A stretch of 64,000 nt of DNA from Octopus vulgaris (GCA_951406725.2 OX597832.1:27652001-27716000); one strand, 5' to 3'; shown: positions 1-14,322, counted from the first letter of the stretch. The notes: generated by a model not told the origin, from the letters alone. Translations and numbers: made by a program.

Positions 1-322
1 GAAACTGAAAGAAGCCCGTCAAAATATTATGTACACATGTGTGAGTGCATGCCGACATTTGTGTGTGTTTTGGGTGGCAGGTGCGGGGGTAGTATACCTT
101 GTATTTAATATTTCGGGGTTATGAGCCCATTTTCAAGAAATTGTATTACATAAGCAAGGATGGAAACATTTACCCAGGTTTAAAATAGACAATAAATAAA
201 TAAATAAATAAATAATAATGATGATGATGATGATAAGGAGGAGGAGAACGATGACAATAACGATGATGACGATGATGATGACAATGAAGGATAGAAGACT
301 GCAAGGAGTGAATAGTTCTCAC

Positions 323-530
323 CGCTTTCACAAATAAATGGCAGTAAAAGTAAATGACAGCTTTCGTGGGTTTCGGCATAATCATCATAAAATATGCCAC
401 ACATTCCGAGCGAGCTGGGTTTGTTGATCCAAATTCTTAGATTTGTATTATAGTCAAAGTCAGAATCTATGAGCAATTTTTTAGCAAATGATTCCATTTC
501 TTTACTCTCCATAAGTTCGGCACCTAAAGA
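323..530 (-). CDS. bark: bark-like exon 14 (C-type-lectin-like domain; gene continues beyond window start)
   Basis: cttcag|TCT; SLGAEL..RIWIN..C..LPFICE; G|GTGAGA; 208 nt. Confidence 0.88.
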
Positions 531-1001
531 CTGAAGAAAAAAAAAAAAGAAAAAAATAAGTATAATGAAAATATCAAAATTTTGGCACAAGGCCAGCAAT
601 TCTGGAAGAGGGGTAAGTCAATTACATCAACCCCAGCGCGTAACTGGTACTTATTTTATTGACCCCAAAAGGATGAAAGGCAATGTTGACCTCAGTGGAA
701 TTTGAACTCAGAACATAAAGACAGACAAAATGCTGCTTAGCATTTTGTCCAGTGCGCTGACAATTCTGCTAGCTTAATGATAATAATGATGAAATTAAAG
801 TTAATTAATGATAATAACGATGAAATTAAAGTTAACAATAATGAAATCAAGATAGACAACAATATAATCTTTTGCTTGTCTAAAATGTGGTGTGTTATTC
901 ACAGAGATTTTAAGGTGGTAAAAGTGTCTTTTGGCATATATTTTTACAGTGTATGGTAAGGCATATAGCCAAGCCCTTGTTATAATTATGTATTTAATTA
1001 T

Positions 1002-1037
<36 letters not shown>

Positions 1038-1909
1038 CATATATTTATATATATCATCATTATCATCATCATCGTTTAATGTCCGCTTTCCATGCTAGCA
1101 TGGGTTAGACGATTTGACTGAGGACTGGCAAACCAGATCGCTGCACCAAGCTCCAATCTTGATCTAGCAGAGTTTCTACAGCTGGATGCCCTTCCTAATG
1201 CCAACCACTCTGACAGTGCAGTGGGTACTTTTACGCTCAAATGGTGCTTTTTATGTGCCACCTGCACAGGAGCCAGTCCAGCGGCACTGGCAATGACCTC
1301 GCTCGAATGTTTTTTTTCACGTGCCACCAGCACAAGTGCCAGTAAGGCGACGCTGGTAACAATCACGCTCGAATGGTGCTTTCTACATGTCACAGGCATG
1401 GAAGCCAGTTTGCTGCTCTGGCAACGATCACGCTCGGATGGTGCTCTTAGTGCTCCACTAGCACCGATGCCAGATATCAAATTTGATTTCAGTTTCAATT
1501 TTCACTTGTGTGTATATACGTGTATATATATTTATACACGTATTTAGTTTGCCTTTTGCGGGAAGGAATGTTTCAATGAAGTCGTGTCTCGCCTTTACCT
1601 TCGAAACGCGGAGTAGATGAAACAGGGGCGACTGAAGAAGGGGAATTTTCCTTGTGTTGTATGTCTTGTACTCTGTTTTTCCGTTGTTTAAGAAAAATGT
1701 CAATTTCCTTGGTTTTCTTTTTATGTTTTCATTTCTCATTGTGTTCAACGTTTTTTTGGTGTCCTGTATCCATATATGCATGTATATATACATGTAGATG
1801 TAGGTACGTACATATATGTATGTATATATGCATATGTTTTATTTATTAATTTGTTATTATATGACGGAACGCACGCATCCATTTATATATATATATATAT
1901 AAATATATA

Positions 1910-2307
1910 ATAGCAGTATCGCCCGGCATTGCTCGGGTTTGTAAGGGAAATAACTATATAAGCATTTTTAGAGATGTAAAGTATAATAGCCATCTCAATA
2001 TGGCTAACCACAAAGGGGGGGGTGTTACCGTAGCTTTTTACGTTCTGAGATTTAATAATAAATTTTTAGAGAGTTACTTCCCTTATATATGCCAAAAATG
2101 CATTGAAAATGGGGAAAATTGATGGTAAATTTTTTTTTAAATCATAGACTCATCGTAGACGCGCGCTAATACCCAGAAGGGCTCGATATGAATCACGACT
2201 ATAAGATACCCGGTTTTGGTTAAACTGCACCGCAAAATGTGGGAGTAGTTAGGAATCTAAATCGTAGGAGACAGACACTCACACAACTACAGTTTTATAT
2301 ATATAGA
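1910..2307 (-). mobile_element. Non-autonomous Helitron, family A
   Basis: 5' A|TCTATATATATAAAACTG; 3' CCCGAGCAATGCCGGG hairpin then GATACTGCTA. Confidence 0.8.
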
Positions 2308-2653
2308 TATATATTGTAGACACATACACATAAAAAAACTAACAGGTGTTCACTGAGTTACTTCCCCTCTCAGTGAGTTACATCCCCTTTAAGGACCTAA
2401 GTAGATTAAAGATTAAAGTATTAACACTAACTTGCAAAATGGGTTTATACACATTTAATTATTTTTCCATACAGTAAACTATGAGAATTTTTTTTTAGGT
2501 AAATATGACACCAGAAAGATGTGGTGGCATTCATGCCATTTCTGTAAAAAAATAAGAAATGATGAAACTGACGTCACTAACAACACCTCACATGGAGGTG
2601 ACTTCTACCTCACAATTATTATAATTATAATTATTATTATTATTATTATTATG

Positions 2654-3209
2654 GAGTGAGAGAGCAGTGCATGCCATCAAAGTGACACTAGGGTAAAATA
2701 TACGAAGCCCAGTATACCCATCATGACTACTCGTCTGATAAGGGTACACCAGGCACATGCATCACAACCATACGTGCACGACATAGTGATCTCATATCAA
2801 GGTAAACAGCGCATGACCTTAAAGGTGGGGCCCAGTTAAAATTTTCTTCTGGTCGAGTAACCCATCTCGATCAAAAGGTCCCTGAATAAGGATTGTTTAA
2901 GGATGTTGAACGAAACACCCATGTTTCCAAAGGTTGAATTATCCAAACCTCCAAGAATCCCTCTCAACACATGGCCATGATGTTCCCCCACTACTTCTGC
3001 TCATGATCAGAGATGCACATATCGTCAGCCACTAAGGGACATGCTCAACTGGTTAAGGACAAACAACTGACAAGCAAATCTGTGGTATTGAGCAGAATAT
3101 TTGCTGTAGCCCATCTTTTATACCAAGACAAAACAATGTACATGATAACACTTCCAATCAGTTAAGATCAGAAGCCATGAGAGCCAATGCCTGGTACTGC
3201 ATCAGGGCA
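2654..3209 (-). mobile_element. 555-bp non-coding repeat inserted in (TAA)n, copy 1
   Basis: Same ends as copies at 18278 and 42321; (TTA)n on both sides. Confidence 0.8.
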
Positions 3210-3782
3210 TTTATTATTATTATTATAATTATTATTATTATTGACGATGAGCCTACTGAATCAGTAGCACACTGAATGGAACACTTAGCCGTATTTCATC
3301 TGCTGCTACAATCTGAGTTCAAATTCCGCCAAGGTTGACTTTGTCTTTCATTCTTTTGGGGTCAATAAAGTTAAGTACCAGTTGAGTATTGGGGCTGATG
3401 TGATCGACTGTCCCAATCCCCACAAAAATACAGGCCTTGTGCCTATAGTAGAAAAAATTATTATTATTATTATTATTATTAGTAGTAGTAGTAGTAGTAG
3501 TGCTAATAAACAGAAGAATACTGAATTCACCACTATATAGCATATAGCTCCAAACATTGATGTTCTGAGTTCAAATCTTGCCAAGGTCGACGCTAACCTT
3601 TAATCCTTCTGGGAGTCAATAAAATAAAGTACCAACCAAGTACCACTCCCACATGCATCAAGAATGTGAATCCTTGTGCCTCATATTAGAAATCAATGAT
3701 TAAAAATTGATCTCTACCAAATTCGGAGTGATTGATTCACACAGTTACACCTGACAGATGTTGATTGATTGAACATTCTTAC

Positions 3783-3877
3783 CTGACAGTATTTGACGGC
3801 ACCGTAGTAGGTCTGTACACCTCCCATGTACCTGAAACAACGAGTTTTCTCAGCTATCCATCCTGGGGCACAATTCC
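3783..3877 (-). CDS. bark: bark-like exon 13 (start of C-type-lectin-like domain; below ORF-track cutoff)
   Basis: tttcaag|GG; NCAPGWIAEKTRCFRYMGGVQTYYGAVKYCQ; CAG|GTAAGA; 95 nt. Confidence 0.88.
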
Positions 3878-4149
3878 CTTGAAATCAAACAAAAACAACA
3901 TCAACAACAACAAAAACAACACAAACGATATGTCATGCAATTAGCAATTTCTGGGATTAATTAATCTCTCCGTGCATAATTATTGTAGAATGTTAGTTAC
4001 ACTGAAGTAAAATTTTGCATAAGGGCACACCATTTCAATGAAGTGTGTGTGTGTGTGTGTGTAAACAGAGTTAGTGGTTATAGTAACCAACTAAGGGATA
4101 AAAATATCCATACACACTACAACATGTACACTACAACATAATTTCTTTT

Positions 4150-4395
4150 TCTCAACAGGCCCTGCCCTATTTAACATTGTCCCGAAAGAGATCAAAGAGG
4201 AACAGGATCCCATCAACTTTAAATGGAGTCTGGATAGATTCCTTCAAGGAATACCAGATAAGCCACCCATAATTGGATACAACTCACCCAACAAAAACTC
4301 ACTACTTGAATGGACCATAAACAAAACTTGACTTAAACAGGATTCAAAGTTAGACATGGCCTGGACCAATCATTGGTCGAAACATATCTAAGTTT
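4150..4395 (+). mobile_element. CR1/L2-group LINE 3' fragment
   Basis: GPALFNIVPKEIK..FKWSLDRFLQGIPDKP. Confidence 0.6.
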
Positions 4396-4660
4396 ATATA
4401 CTATCGGTATCGGTTACCTGTATTATCTCTGGGTATTGGTGTGCAGGCACACCATACATGTAGAGTACAGGTAACAACAGGTGTAGAAAACTATGCCAAA
4501 TCAGACTGGAGCCTGGCGCAGCTTTCCAGCATGCCAGCCCTGTCAAACCGTCCAACCCATGCCAGCATGGACAACAGACGTTAAATGATGATGATGATGA
4601 TGATGGTACACACACACACACATACACACATAGCACACACAGGTGTACATACATACATAC

Positions 4661-4815
4661 CATCAACTGGTGGCAATACTTTGTAAGGTTTGTAATCAAC
4701 AGGGACCAAAGATTCGTTGTTGGCAGCGTCAAGGATCTTAGCAGCAATGAAGAACTCTTCTCGGACACCCCACCAGTTCTCTTTGGCATTGATTGGTTCC
4801 ATGCTTCCACTGAAC
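4661..4815 (-). CDS. bark: bark-like exon 12
   Basis: tttctag|G; INAKENWWG..ILD..VDYKPY, parallel to NYWG/NWWG in modules 1-2; G|GTATGT; 155 nt. Confidence 0.9.
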
Positions 4816-4898
4816 CTAGAAAAAAACAAAAGATTTCATTGAAAAACAATTCCGGAAGAACGACGTAAGCAGACACCCCAATAAGGACCACATGGTCT

Positions 4899-5308
4899 CT
4901 CTTTTACTCTTTTACTTGTTTCAGTCATTTGACTGCAGCCATGCTGGAGCACCGCCTTTAGTCGAGCAAATCGACCCCAGGACTTATTCTTTGTAAGCCC
5001 AGTACTTATTCTATCAATCTCTTTTGCCGAACCACTAAATTACAGGGACATAAACACTCCAGCATCGGTTGTCAAGCAATGCTAGGGGGACAAACACACA
5101 CACAAACATATACACACACACATATATATATATATACATATATACGACAGGCTTCTTTCAGTTTCCGTCTACCAAATCCACTCACAAGGCATTGGTCAGC
5201 CCGGGGCTATAGTAGAAGACACTTACCCAAGATGCCACGCAGTGGGACTGAACCCGGAACCATGTGGTTGGTTAGCAAGCTACTTACCACACAGCCACTC
5301 CTGCGTCT
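4899..5308 (-). mobile_element. ~410-bp tRNA/CORE-like SINE with internal (TA)n(TG)n
   Basis: A box TGGCTGTGTGG, B box GGTTCAGTCCC, (GAGTAAAA)n tail. Confidence 0.85.
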
Positions 5309-5568
5309 GTTACAAATAACCATGAAATAACTATCAAATCATGCCGTGTGCCTTTTTCAAATGGTGTCTAAAACTACATTAAATAGCATAATCTTAAATA
5401 CCGTATGGCATTAACCAGGGCCTCTGTGTCCAAGTTTACCCTCAACCTGGGGTACTGAACAAAAGAATAAACAGTTGAATATACTGCTCAGGAGAAATGG
5501 TAAAAGGTAAACTAACGAACAGAATCACAAAAAGAATTTGGAAGAATAACAATAATAGGGCTTAGCTG

Positions 5569-5629
<61 letters not shown>

Positions 5630-5815
5630 GAAAGAATGGAGTCGAACGAAGATGTTAACAAAATTCCTTTACTCTCGACATATGTTTCTCGACAGAGTTT
5701 CTACCCTTGGACAGGTCGCTTCAACCGTGTTTCTGACGTGAATTTGCTACCCAGGTTTTGGTTCAATGAATTTTCCATGCTGACGATAAACATAGGATAA
5801 TTCATTCACCTATTG

Positions 5816-5857
<42 letters not shown>

Positions 5858-6024
5858 GAATTGCTGACATCAAGCTCTGAAGGAATGAATAAAACAACAT
5901 GAGAATTTCATCAAATTTACACAAAACTCTCTGACTTAAGGGATCTCTTTCCGGTTCCTTCTTCTTTCTTTCTTTCTTTTTTTCCTTCTTACCTGTTATG
6001 CAAAAGTGAAAACTAATGATGTCA

Positions 6025-6554
6025 TCTATATATATAAAACTGTAGTTGTGTGAGTGTCTGTCCCCTTCAATTTAGATTCCTAACTACTCCCACATTTTGC
6101 GGTGCAGTTTAACCAAATTCGGGTATCTTATAGTCGTGATTCATATCGAGCCCTTCTGGGTATTAGCACGGGTCTACGATGAGTCTACGATTTTAAAAAT
6201 AATTTAACATCATTTTTTATTCCATTTTAATGCATATTTTTTCGTGTGTTGATGGCGGTGGAGTTGGCGTCCATGGTCACACCTGCACCTGTTTGCTTCT
6301 CCCCTTCTTCCCTCCCTCGTGAAGCTGTGGGGAAGGGAGTGTAAGGAAATCAACGTCGTAAAGCGTTGTCAAGGAGACCAGCGTTCTTTTAGAACAACAA
6401 CTTCATGGCTTGAAGACACTGAGTCAACGATTTAAAAAAAAATGACCATAATTTTTTATTCCATTTTTAATGCATTTTTTTGCTATAACTCTCTAAAAAT
6501 GCTTATATAGTTATTTCCCTTACAAACACGAGCAACGCCAGGTGATACTGCTAG
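6025..6554 (+). mobile_element. Non-autonomous Helitron, family A
   Basis: A|TC...hairpin...CTAG|T, no TSD. Confidence 0.85.
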
Positions 6555-6842
6555 TTTTGTCTAAAAAGGAACAGAATATTCTCATCCATATTTTGAATTT
6601 CTGCTTTCCATGTTGTTTGCAGTTTACATTTGGAGCCGAAGGAAGACGGACGACCAGTCGAAACATCCTGCAAGTCTTTGAATTCTATAAACAGAGCCAA
6701 TCTCTATTTATTATAAATCACATCTTTCTCTTCTTCTCGTTTATTTATCCTTGAGAAAAATTACATTAATCTTCATAAATTAGGATGCTGATGATGATCA
6801 AGATAAGGAAGATAATTAAAATGATGATTATTACCATTTACA

Positions 6843-6877
<35 letters not shown>

Positions 6878-7106
6878 GTTAACAAAACAAAAAAAAAACG
6901 GTATATTTCGAATCCTTATTATTGGTAACTGGAACCATTGTCATCTCTTTGACACTTGCAATGATAAAAGAGAAAATTTCCTGGTTGTTTCAGCAATTCT
7001 CTTTTGCAATTGTCTGTGGAATGCCGCCAGAATTATGGCTACTTTCAAGAATTACCAATATTACCAGAACAGAATAAACAAATGCCTTTGGAACCAAGGA
7101 AATCAC

Positions 7107-7450
7107 TTATCATCATCATCATCATCGTTGTTATCATCATCATCATCGTTATCATCATCGTTATCATCATCGTTGTTATCATCGTCATCATCATCATCAT
7201 CATCGTTATCATCGTTGTTATCATCATCATCATCATCATTGTTATCATCATCATCACCATCGTTGTTATCATCGTTGTTATCATCATCATCATCATCATC
7301 ATCGTTGTTATCATCATCATCATCATCATTATCATCATCTTTATTATCATCATTATTATTATTATTATTACTATTATTATTTAGTGACATTAAGGTGGTG
7401 GTAGAGCACTGGAATACTTTGTTGTTGTTGTTGTTGTTGTTATTGCTATT
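7107..7450. repeat. Compound triplet microsatellite (CAT/CGT/TGT/TAT)
   Basis: Direct inspection. Confidence 0.95.
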
Positions 7451-8010
7451 CTTTAGCCCAAGGCCAATTATGATCCAGCTACGATCATCCTATCGGCCAC
7501 TTTTTTTTTTTTTTCAAACAAAGCATTTAGGAGAACATTATTGTGTCCTTCCCTTTTTGAAAAATGGCAGTGTGCATTTTGGGAAAGATTTAACTGTTAT
7601 TTCTAGTAAATCAATCAAGTAACCGCATACAGGCTCCCACATTAGCTTGTGATACTGGTGGGGCTGATTTTTAGTCCCAAGTCAACTCTAATTAAGCAGA
7701 CAAATGATCAAAGGCGTTCCAACCATGACCATCCTATTTTTGTCCTGTATACAAGTAACCCTCTATAGTCTAGTACTGGAATCGACTAGCCCCTTCCCCC
7801 AAAATCTTCAGGCCATGTGCCTATAATAGAAATAATAATAATAATCCTTTCTACTAAAGGCACAAGTCTTGAAATTTGTGGGGAGGGGACAAATCAATTA
7901 CATCAACCCCAGTGTTTCACTGGTACTTAATTTATTGACCCCGAAAGAATGAACAGCAAAGTTGACCTCGGTGGAATTTGAACTCGGAATATATTGTTTT
8001 TGTTGAATAA

Positions 8011-8045
<35 letters not shown>

Positions 8046-8046
<1 letters not shown>

Positions 8047-8680
8047 TGTGTACAGTGCTCAGGTGCACTACAACTCATCTAAAGTGTATATATAGTCAGG
8101 TGTAGTTTCGGCGGATTTCGGAAAGCATGAGGGCCTTAAAGGATGCAGTGTCATGGCAGTCAACAACTGACGCAGGCAGTTTGTTCCATGCTTCAGCAAC
8201 TCTGAGCATGAAAAAATGTTTCCGAAAGTCATGGGAGCTGTGTTGTTTTCTGACTTTGTAGGCATGTCCACGTGTGTTAGACACATGGAGATCAAAAAGG
8301 TGTTCAGTGTTGTTGTTGGTGAGGTGGTTGATAACTTTGTGGGTGTTTACCAAGTCCGTCACCAGACGCTGGAGCTTCAGTGAATCCATGCCCAGGGAAA
8401 CAAGGCGCTCAGAATATGGTAGGTGTCTGATGGAAGGTATGCGTTTGGTTGCACGTCTCTGGACAGATTCCAGGAGGTCAATGTTTTGATAGGGGTTCCA
8501 AACTGATGATGCGAATTCCAAGTGTGGTCGTACCATAGCTGTATACAGTTTTAAATAGATGGCTGGAGAGCGGCTAACAAAAGTCTTGCTGAGTGATGCC
8601 AAGACACCCTCGGCCTTCTTGACAATTATAGAGATATGCTTTGTCCAACGCAAATCACTGCTGACAGTGATGCCTAGGTC
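8046..8680 (-). mobile_element. 5'-truncated CR1-like LINE
   Basis: DLGITVSSDL..LYTAMVRPHLEF..VWNP..LESVQRRATK; (ATT)n tail; related 3' end at 10100-10250 (+). Confidence 0.85.
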
Positions 8681-8951
8681 AAATTTGTTGAAAAAAGTTG
8701 GAATAATTTTGTCCCAACCCAATAGATCATCATCCCATCATAAAGGCCTTCCAAGTGGCCTTTTCCAGTCTCTCACTCCGCAACTGCACAGGTCCACCTG
8801 TTGTCTGAAAATCAAGGGCCACTATGTTGAAGATAGAACATCAGTTGACCACAACGCAAAGGGCCACAGAAACATCAATCCTAGGGAAGGTCATTACGAG
8901 AACATATTTGAAATGAGATTTAAATAATATAAAAAAGAAATTGTAACTTAC

Positions 8952-9624
8952 TTGGACACAGGGTTTGCTTCAAATTCATACACATTCTCAGGATTGACAA
9001 AATAGTTATTATAAAACACAGGTTTGCCACTGTGGACCTTAACAGTACTTTCATAAAGGGCTGTGGAATTATTTTTGGTGAAAGCACTCCTTGTGTACAT
9101 GTGTGGGGAGGAGACCTTTTCAAGGGCAAACACAGACAATATACTGTAAGCTGTATTGTTATGAAAGAAGTTTGAAGTAAAATTAGTCGTCACGCCTTTC
9201 AGCTGAACAATATCCTGGTCATCGCCAACAGAATTATTAAAGAAGTAGTTTTCATAAAGGAGTACTTTTTGATAGTTGTGGCCACTAACAGTCAACGTAC
9301 AACCGTGAGTACCTGAAGAAAAGATGTTGTTTGTGATATTTGCCTCAATAGCCGTGGCAAACGATTTGGTGTGGAGGATCATACTGCTTCCACCAGCGTT
9401 TCCCAACAAAAAGTTGTTTGCAAAGGACATCATTTTCGTGTTCTGCAAATAAATGTCAACCACTGGTGGAGAAGTCAGATTCAAAATTCGAACACCGTTG
9501 TCTTCAACCAAACATTTCGTTAATTTTACTGATGGGTTTATCTCACCAACATTCCGATATGTGAAGGCGCCATCCTCATTTCTTTGTAATGACGTACTTT
9601 GCAAAGTATGCTGGATTCTGCTGT
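8952..9624 (-). CDS. bark: bark-like exon 11 (beta-helix)
   Basis: tttcag|AC; ORF 8948-9637; AA|GTAAGT; 673 nt. Confidence 0.92.
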
Positions 9625-9651
9625 CTGAAACAAACAAATAGTATGCATTAA

Positions 9652-9872
9652 CCCTTTCGTTACTGTATTTATTTCGAGATGCTCTGTATTTCTTTCAATT
9701 ACTTTAAATATAACAAAGAATTTAGTAAAATAACTTCGTTATCATTAAGCTAGAGTTAGGAACATAAACTGTGACTAAGGTTTGGTGGAAGATTTTAATT
9801 CAGAACTTATGAAAACAAGACATTTGTACTAAAGAGCCAGAACCGGTTTCAGCCGGGTTGATAATGAAAAGG
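9652..9872. mobile_element. piggyBac-type MITE
   Basis: TTAA|CCCTTTCGTTA...TAATGAAAAGG|TTAA; partial inverted copy at 19345-19524. Confidence 0.75.
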
Positions 9873-10936
9873 TTAATATTAATTATTAATAATTAATACA
9901 GTGATGCTCTGCAGTATGAGTTTAATGTGTTCTATGACCAAGCTCGTTGTATGATTTACCTGTTTTACAAATCAATTTTCCCCATTGAAATTAATTAAAA
10001 TATAGTTAATAAGTTCCAGCCCCCAAAACCTGCCAAAAAGTAATTTTTTTATGGGTTTTAAAACAGAAAAGGTGCAGTTACAAGAAAAATAACTTCAAAA
10101 CTTCCATGCTTCCTGAGATTCGCCAACACTACACCTGATTTTCTCCCCTCCATACACACACAAGCATGTATCTGACTCATACACCGTTCACTTTTGACAA
10201 GTTGTGGTGCACCTGAACACTGTATGCAATAATTTCATTATTATTATTTATAAAAACATAAAAGAAAATGCAAAAGAAATATGTAAATTGGTTTTATTAA
10301 TTTAATTATCTTAAAGATGGGACGATTTGTGTGCAAGGAAGATGACGGAGTGGAGAAGAAGAGGATTATTGTTTGGAAGGATGATCTATTTCCATTAAGA
10401 CTTCAGGAAAAACAATTTCTGGCATTTTCTCTCTCATTTTGGTTAATTTAGGCTTTTTGAGACATATACTCAAATGCATTCCAGGCATGACCATCCACTC
10501 TTTTAGTGTATCTAAAACTACACTACCCAATCTGTCCTTCCTAGTTTTAGAATTGCAAAGTGTGATTTGAGGGAATTTGGTTGCTATATCTAGAAGATCT
10601 ACCTGCATAATGGTCCCGTTGTTGTTAACAATAGTGGTGGTGGTGACGGTGGTAGTGGTGACAGTGGTAGCAGCAGCGATGGTGGCGGCAGTGGTGGAAG
10701 TGTTGTTTCCGTTGCTGGTGGTGCCAATGTCTTTTTTCCGCCTCAAAGACATCTCTAAAGGAACACCTCTTCCGGTCCCTCACACACATTTATGAATGTA
10801 ACCACCACAGGGAAAAGTTCCCCCTTAACCATCCCCGCTACAACCACCACCATCATCATCTCTAAGAGCCCCTGATCTAAAAACCAAAAACATCAAAAAA
10901 GTAAGAAAAAAGACATTATTAGAGATTAGTGCTTAC

Positions 10937-13432
10937 CAATAATTCCTGTGGATGACTGCGGCAAAGTGACAACTTCTGCTATGAAACCATAGTCTCGACT
11001 GGCCACAGAAGCATGTATGTGTAAGGTTAACGTGTGTGGTTCCTTTGAAGTACGATAAAGCTCTTCGACAGTTTCAGAAGTTGAATTCTTCATAATTTCT
11101 CCAATCTTTTGCTCATTGCCAAAATCACCATCAAATATTTCTATGACATTTCGCATAAAATCTTCCGAAAACAAGTTCATTTGCAGGAAGCGTAGAGCTA
11201 GCTGCTTGTCTCTGTATTTGCTTTTAATTGACTTGACGCAGTCAATTGCGTTAGAAGAATATTTGTAATAAATCAACATCTTGGTCTCAAGAATAATTTC
11301 TTTCTCCAGCAAACACATTTCTACCACTCCAAACAAGAAGTAAGGTATTGTGCTTTGCACAAGAGGTAAAAACGAGGCCATCTCGTTTTTAGAATCCCCA
11401 TTCAGTACAAGAATGTTGATTCCATAACCAAGATTAGCAGTGATATTTTGCTCTTCAATGAGAAGGTCTTTTAACGGAGAGATAAAATCCATTCCGTTTG
11501 AAGCACAACCGCTAATATTTACTTGTTCAATAATTGGTGTCTGATAAACAGACTGGATGGCACCGACCTTATTGCCATGAAGTACTCCAGCACCGTAAAT
11601 ATCAACGTATTTTATAGTTGACTCTACCGGTTTCTTCTCTTGGAGATTCTCCTGATAAGATGACCTGGAAAAACGAATGTTTCCCCAATAGTTATATCCT
11701 TCTGCAACATTACGTTTGCCACAGTGCAAAAATGTGTAGTTTTCATTCTGGATACAAGACATGATCCGATAATCGATCTTCTTGATGCATTGATCTAAGG
11801 AATCTTCATTCCCTTTGCAGTAGTAAGAGTACCTCCAAAAGGTTTTGGTAAAATAAGTGGTTAAGCCATAGATATAATAATCAAAAAGATGCGATGTATA
11901 GACCCTAACGTTTATAGTTTCAAATCCTAGTTGACGACAAATCACTTTGCCAACGTTCTCTGGAAGTCTTTCATTGCACATGATATCCCATTGTTTTGTG
12001 GAATCATTATAAAACTGCAGAAAGCCTTCATTTGCTGTGGCGCCACCAGAAAGCCTTGCTTTTTCTTTAGATATCTGCTGCATTTGGAACGAGACTGAGC
12101 GTTTGCGTATGTTATTCTCTTTCGTTTTCACTGAACTGGGAAACAGCTTGATACGCTGGTGGGGAAGACCTCTTGCATCCAAGGTTCCCAACACTAAAAT
12201 ACCAATATTTGGTCTGAAGATTAACACTGCTCCAGGTTCAATCTTAAGTGTGACGCCTGGCATCACTGTGATGTCATTGATCACTTCATAATGGGTTGCA
12301 GATGCAAATAAAGATACGTCTTTGGTTATTCTACCACCAAGTTCAAAAGTATTACGTATTGGATATTGTTTCGTAGTTGAAAATGGAACGCTGTCAAATT
12401 GATTTTCTATTAGAAAAGGAATGTATTCGGCGATTGCAAAATTGTTCCAGGAATCAAAGTCAAATATCTTAGATTGGATGTAATCTTGGGCAGAATTTCC
12501 CCACCAATTTTCAGTAACATCAACTACACTATCCAAAGACAGACAGGTTACGCCAGCAATAAATTCATATCTCAATTTTGGGTTTTGAAACAAATTTCTA
12601 TTTAGAACCATTTGTTGAAGTCCTTTTAGTGCAACAGCAAATGATGATGGTAAATTTTCATCTCCTCCTGTCTCAGTTCCAAGACCATTGTCGTAGAGTT
12701 TATTATAGGAAAAGTTCCCCACAATTGGGTACATGTACTCATAGTGACTGTTGATATCAAAATTTACGATGTATTTGCAGGTATTTTTGTCGAAAACGTT
12801 TAGCACCATGCTGACGTTTTTCTCCATTCCTATCAAATCAAACAAACCAAGGCGACAAATATTATTTTTCCAAATAGAATGAGAAATATTGACGTCAGCA
12901 AAATAACCATTGACAATGAAGGCAAAGTTTTTGTTCATCTCAAACATGGTATGACTGATCTCTACAGAATGCTTGAGATGTTCTTCCACATCATTAACAC
13001 GTGGCAGTTCAATTTCCAATCCACCATCCATATTGTCTTTGATGCTGCTATGTGTAATGTGCCATTTCCAAACATTATTGGCAAATTCTACATGGTTGTG
13101 CTCAGCCTTGATTGCCTGCCTGTTTCCTTGGAAACGGCACCAAGTCATCACGTATGAAATTGTGCCAACTCTTTGCGGGCGTGTTAGTTCTTCGTAAGTG
13201 GGGATGAAATTTTCGTGGTATTTGGTGACGCTCGGGACATACATTGCACGAGTGCGACTGTTTAGAATGTCCACATAATCCAGTCGAATGCTCTCCTCGC
13301 CGAACCTAAAGTAAAGCTCCTGCTTGTCGTTGGAAGGATTATTGTAATGCTTCGTCACAAGACCAATATCATTATTGACCAATGTACAGTTCCGAAGATA
13401 GATCTCAGGTTTTGGCACCTCAGTCCGTTGTC
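10937..13432 (-). CDS. bark: bark-like exon 10 (beta-helix, SRCR3, CUB-like module 3)
   Basis: ttccag|GA; 850-aa ORF with NWWG, LGGRIT..IEPG, ARLSGGATANEGFLQFY..ICRQLGF; G|GTAAGC; 2496 nt. Confidence 0.94.
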
Positions 13433-14219
13433 CTGGAAAACACAAGAAAAAGACATAGAACAAAAAAAAAAAATACAAATTATTGATGTGTTATGATCTG
13501 AGGAAATGGAATGGTGACAGGGTTTGGAAGAAGAATTGAGAAGGGGACAGTGGCAGAGAGTGGAGAGAGAAAGAGGGAGTTGGACAGTGGTTGTAATAGG
13601 AGATTAGGGTAGCGGGAAGGATGTGAGAGAGAGAAGTAGGTAAGGATAAAGCATCACAATATTCCAACTTTGAGATGTTAGAACTAGGATCAAGACCCCT
13701 TTTTTTTCTCAAGTAAGAAACAATTTTCCAGATTGGCACATGGTGGTCACATGTGATAGGTGATACACAGTCACTTCAGTTGACCTCAATATATGACTGG
13801 TACTTTATTTCATTGGGTCCTACAAGGTTGGGATGAAAGTCAAGGTCAAATTAGAAGGGTTCCACCTCGGACAAGAAAGACACATGACTGGTTCTTTTGC
13901 TGCTTTTACCAAGAGACTGAACTTCTTTCAGTTTCCGTCTACCAAATCCTCTCACAAGGCTTTGGGTTGACCTGAGGCTACAGTAGAAGACACTTGCTCA
14001 AGGTGCCACACAGTTGGACTGAACCCAGAACCATGTGGTTGGTAAGCAAGCTACTTACCACACAGCCACTCCTGCGCCTATGTTTACATAGGCGTGTGTT
14101 TACATTCCTGTAACTTAGCGGTTCAACAAAAAGACATCAATAGAATAAGTACCAGTCTTACAAAATATGGGGGCAATTTGTTAGACCAAACCCTTCAAGC
14201 AAGTGCCCCAAGATTATCA

Positions 14220-14262
14220 CTGCTACAGCCATCACCAGCACCACTACCACCACAACAAGCAT

Positions 14263-14294
<32 letters not shown>

Positions 14295-14322
14295 ATATTT
14301 CTACTGCAACCACCACAAGCAT

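Noticed and set aside
1570-5700. Hammerhead-like fragments at ~1570-1655 and GAAACATATGTC (minus, 5677-5688)
   Set aside because: CUGANGA and GAAA are not correctly arranged around a stem II; at most decayed Penelope-like remnants.
6876-7622. 248-aa Ser/Leu ORF and the poly-Asp/Ile/Met ORFs overlapping it
   Set aside because: Triplet microsatellite inside a bark intron.
12098-12112. Furin site at NIRKRS before SRCR3
   Set aside because: Lacks the P4 Arg of R-X-K/R-R; only a dibasic site.
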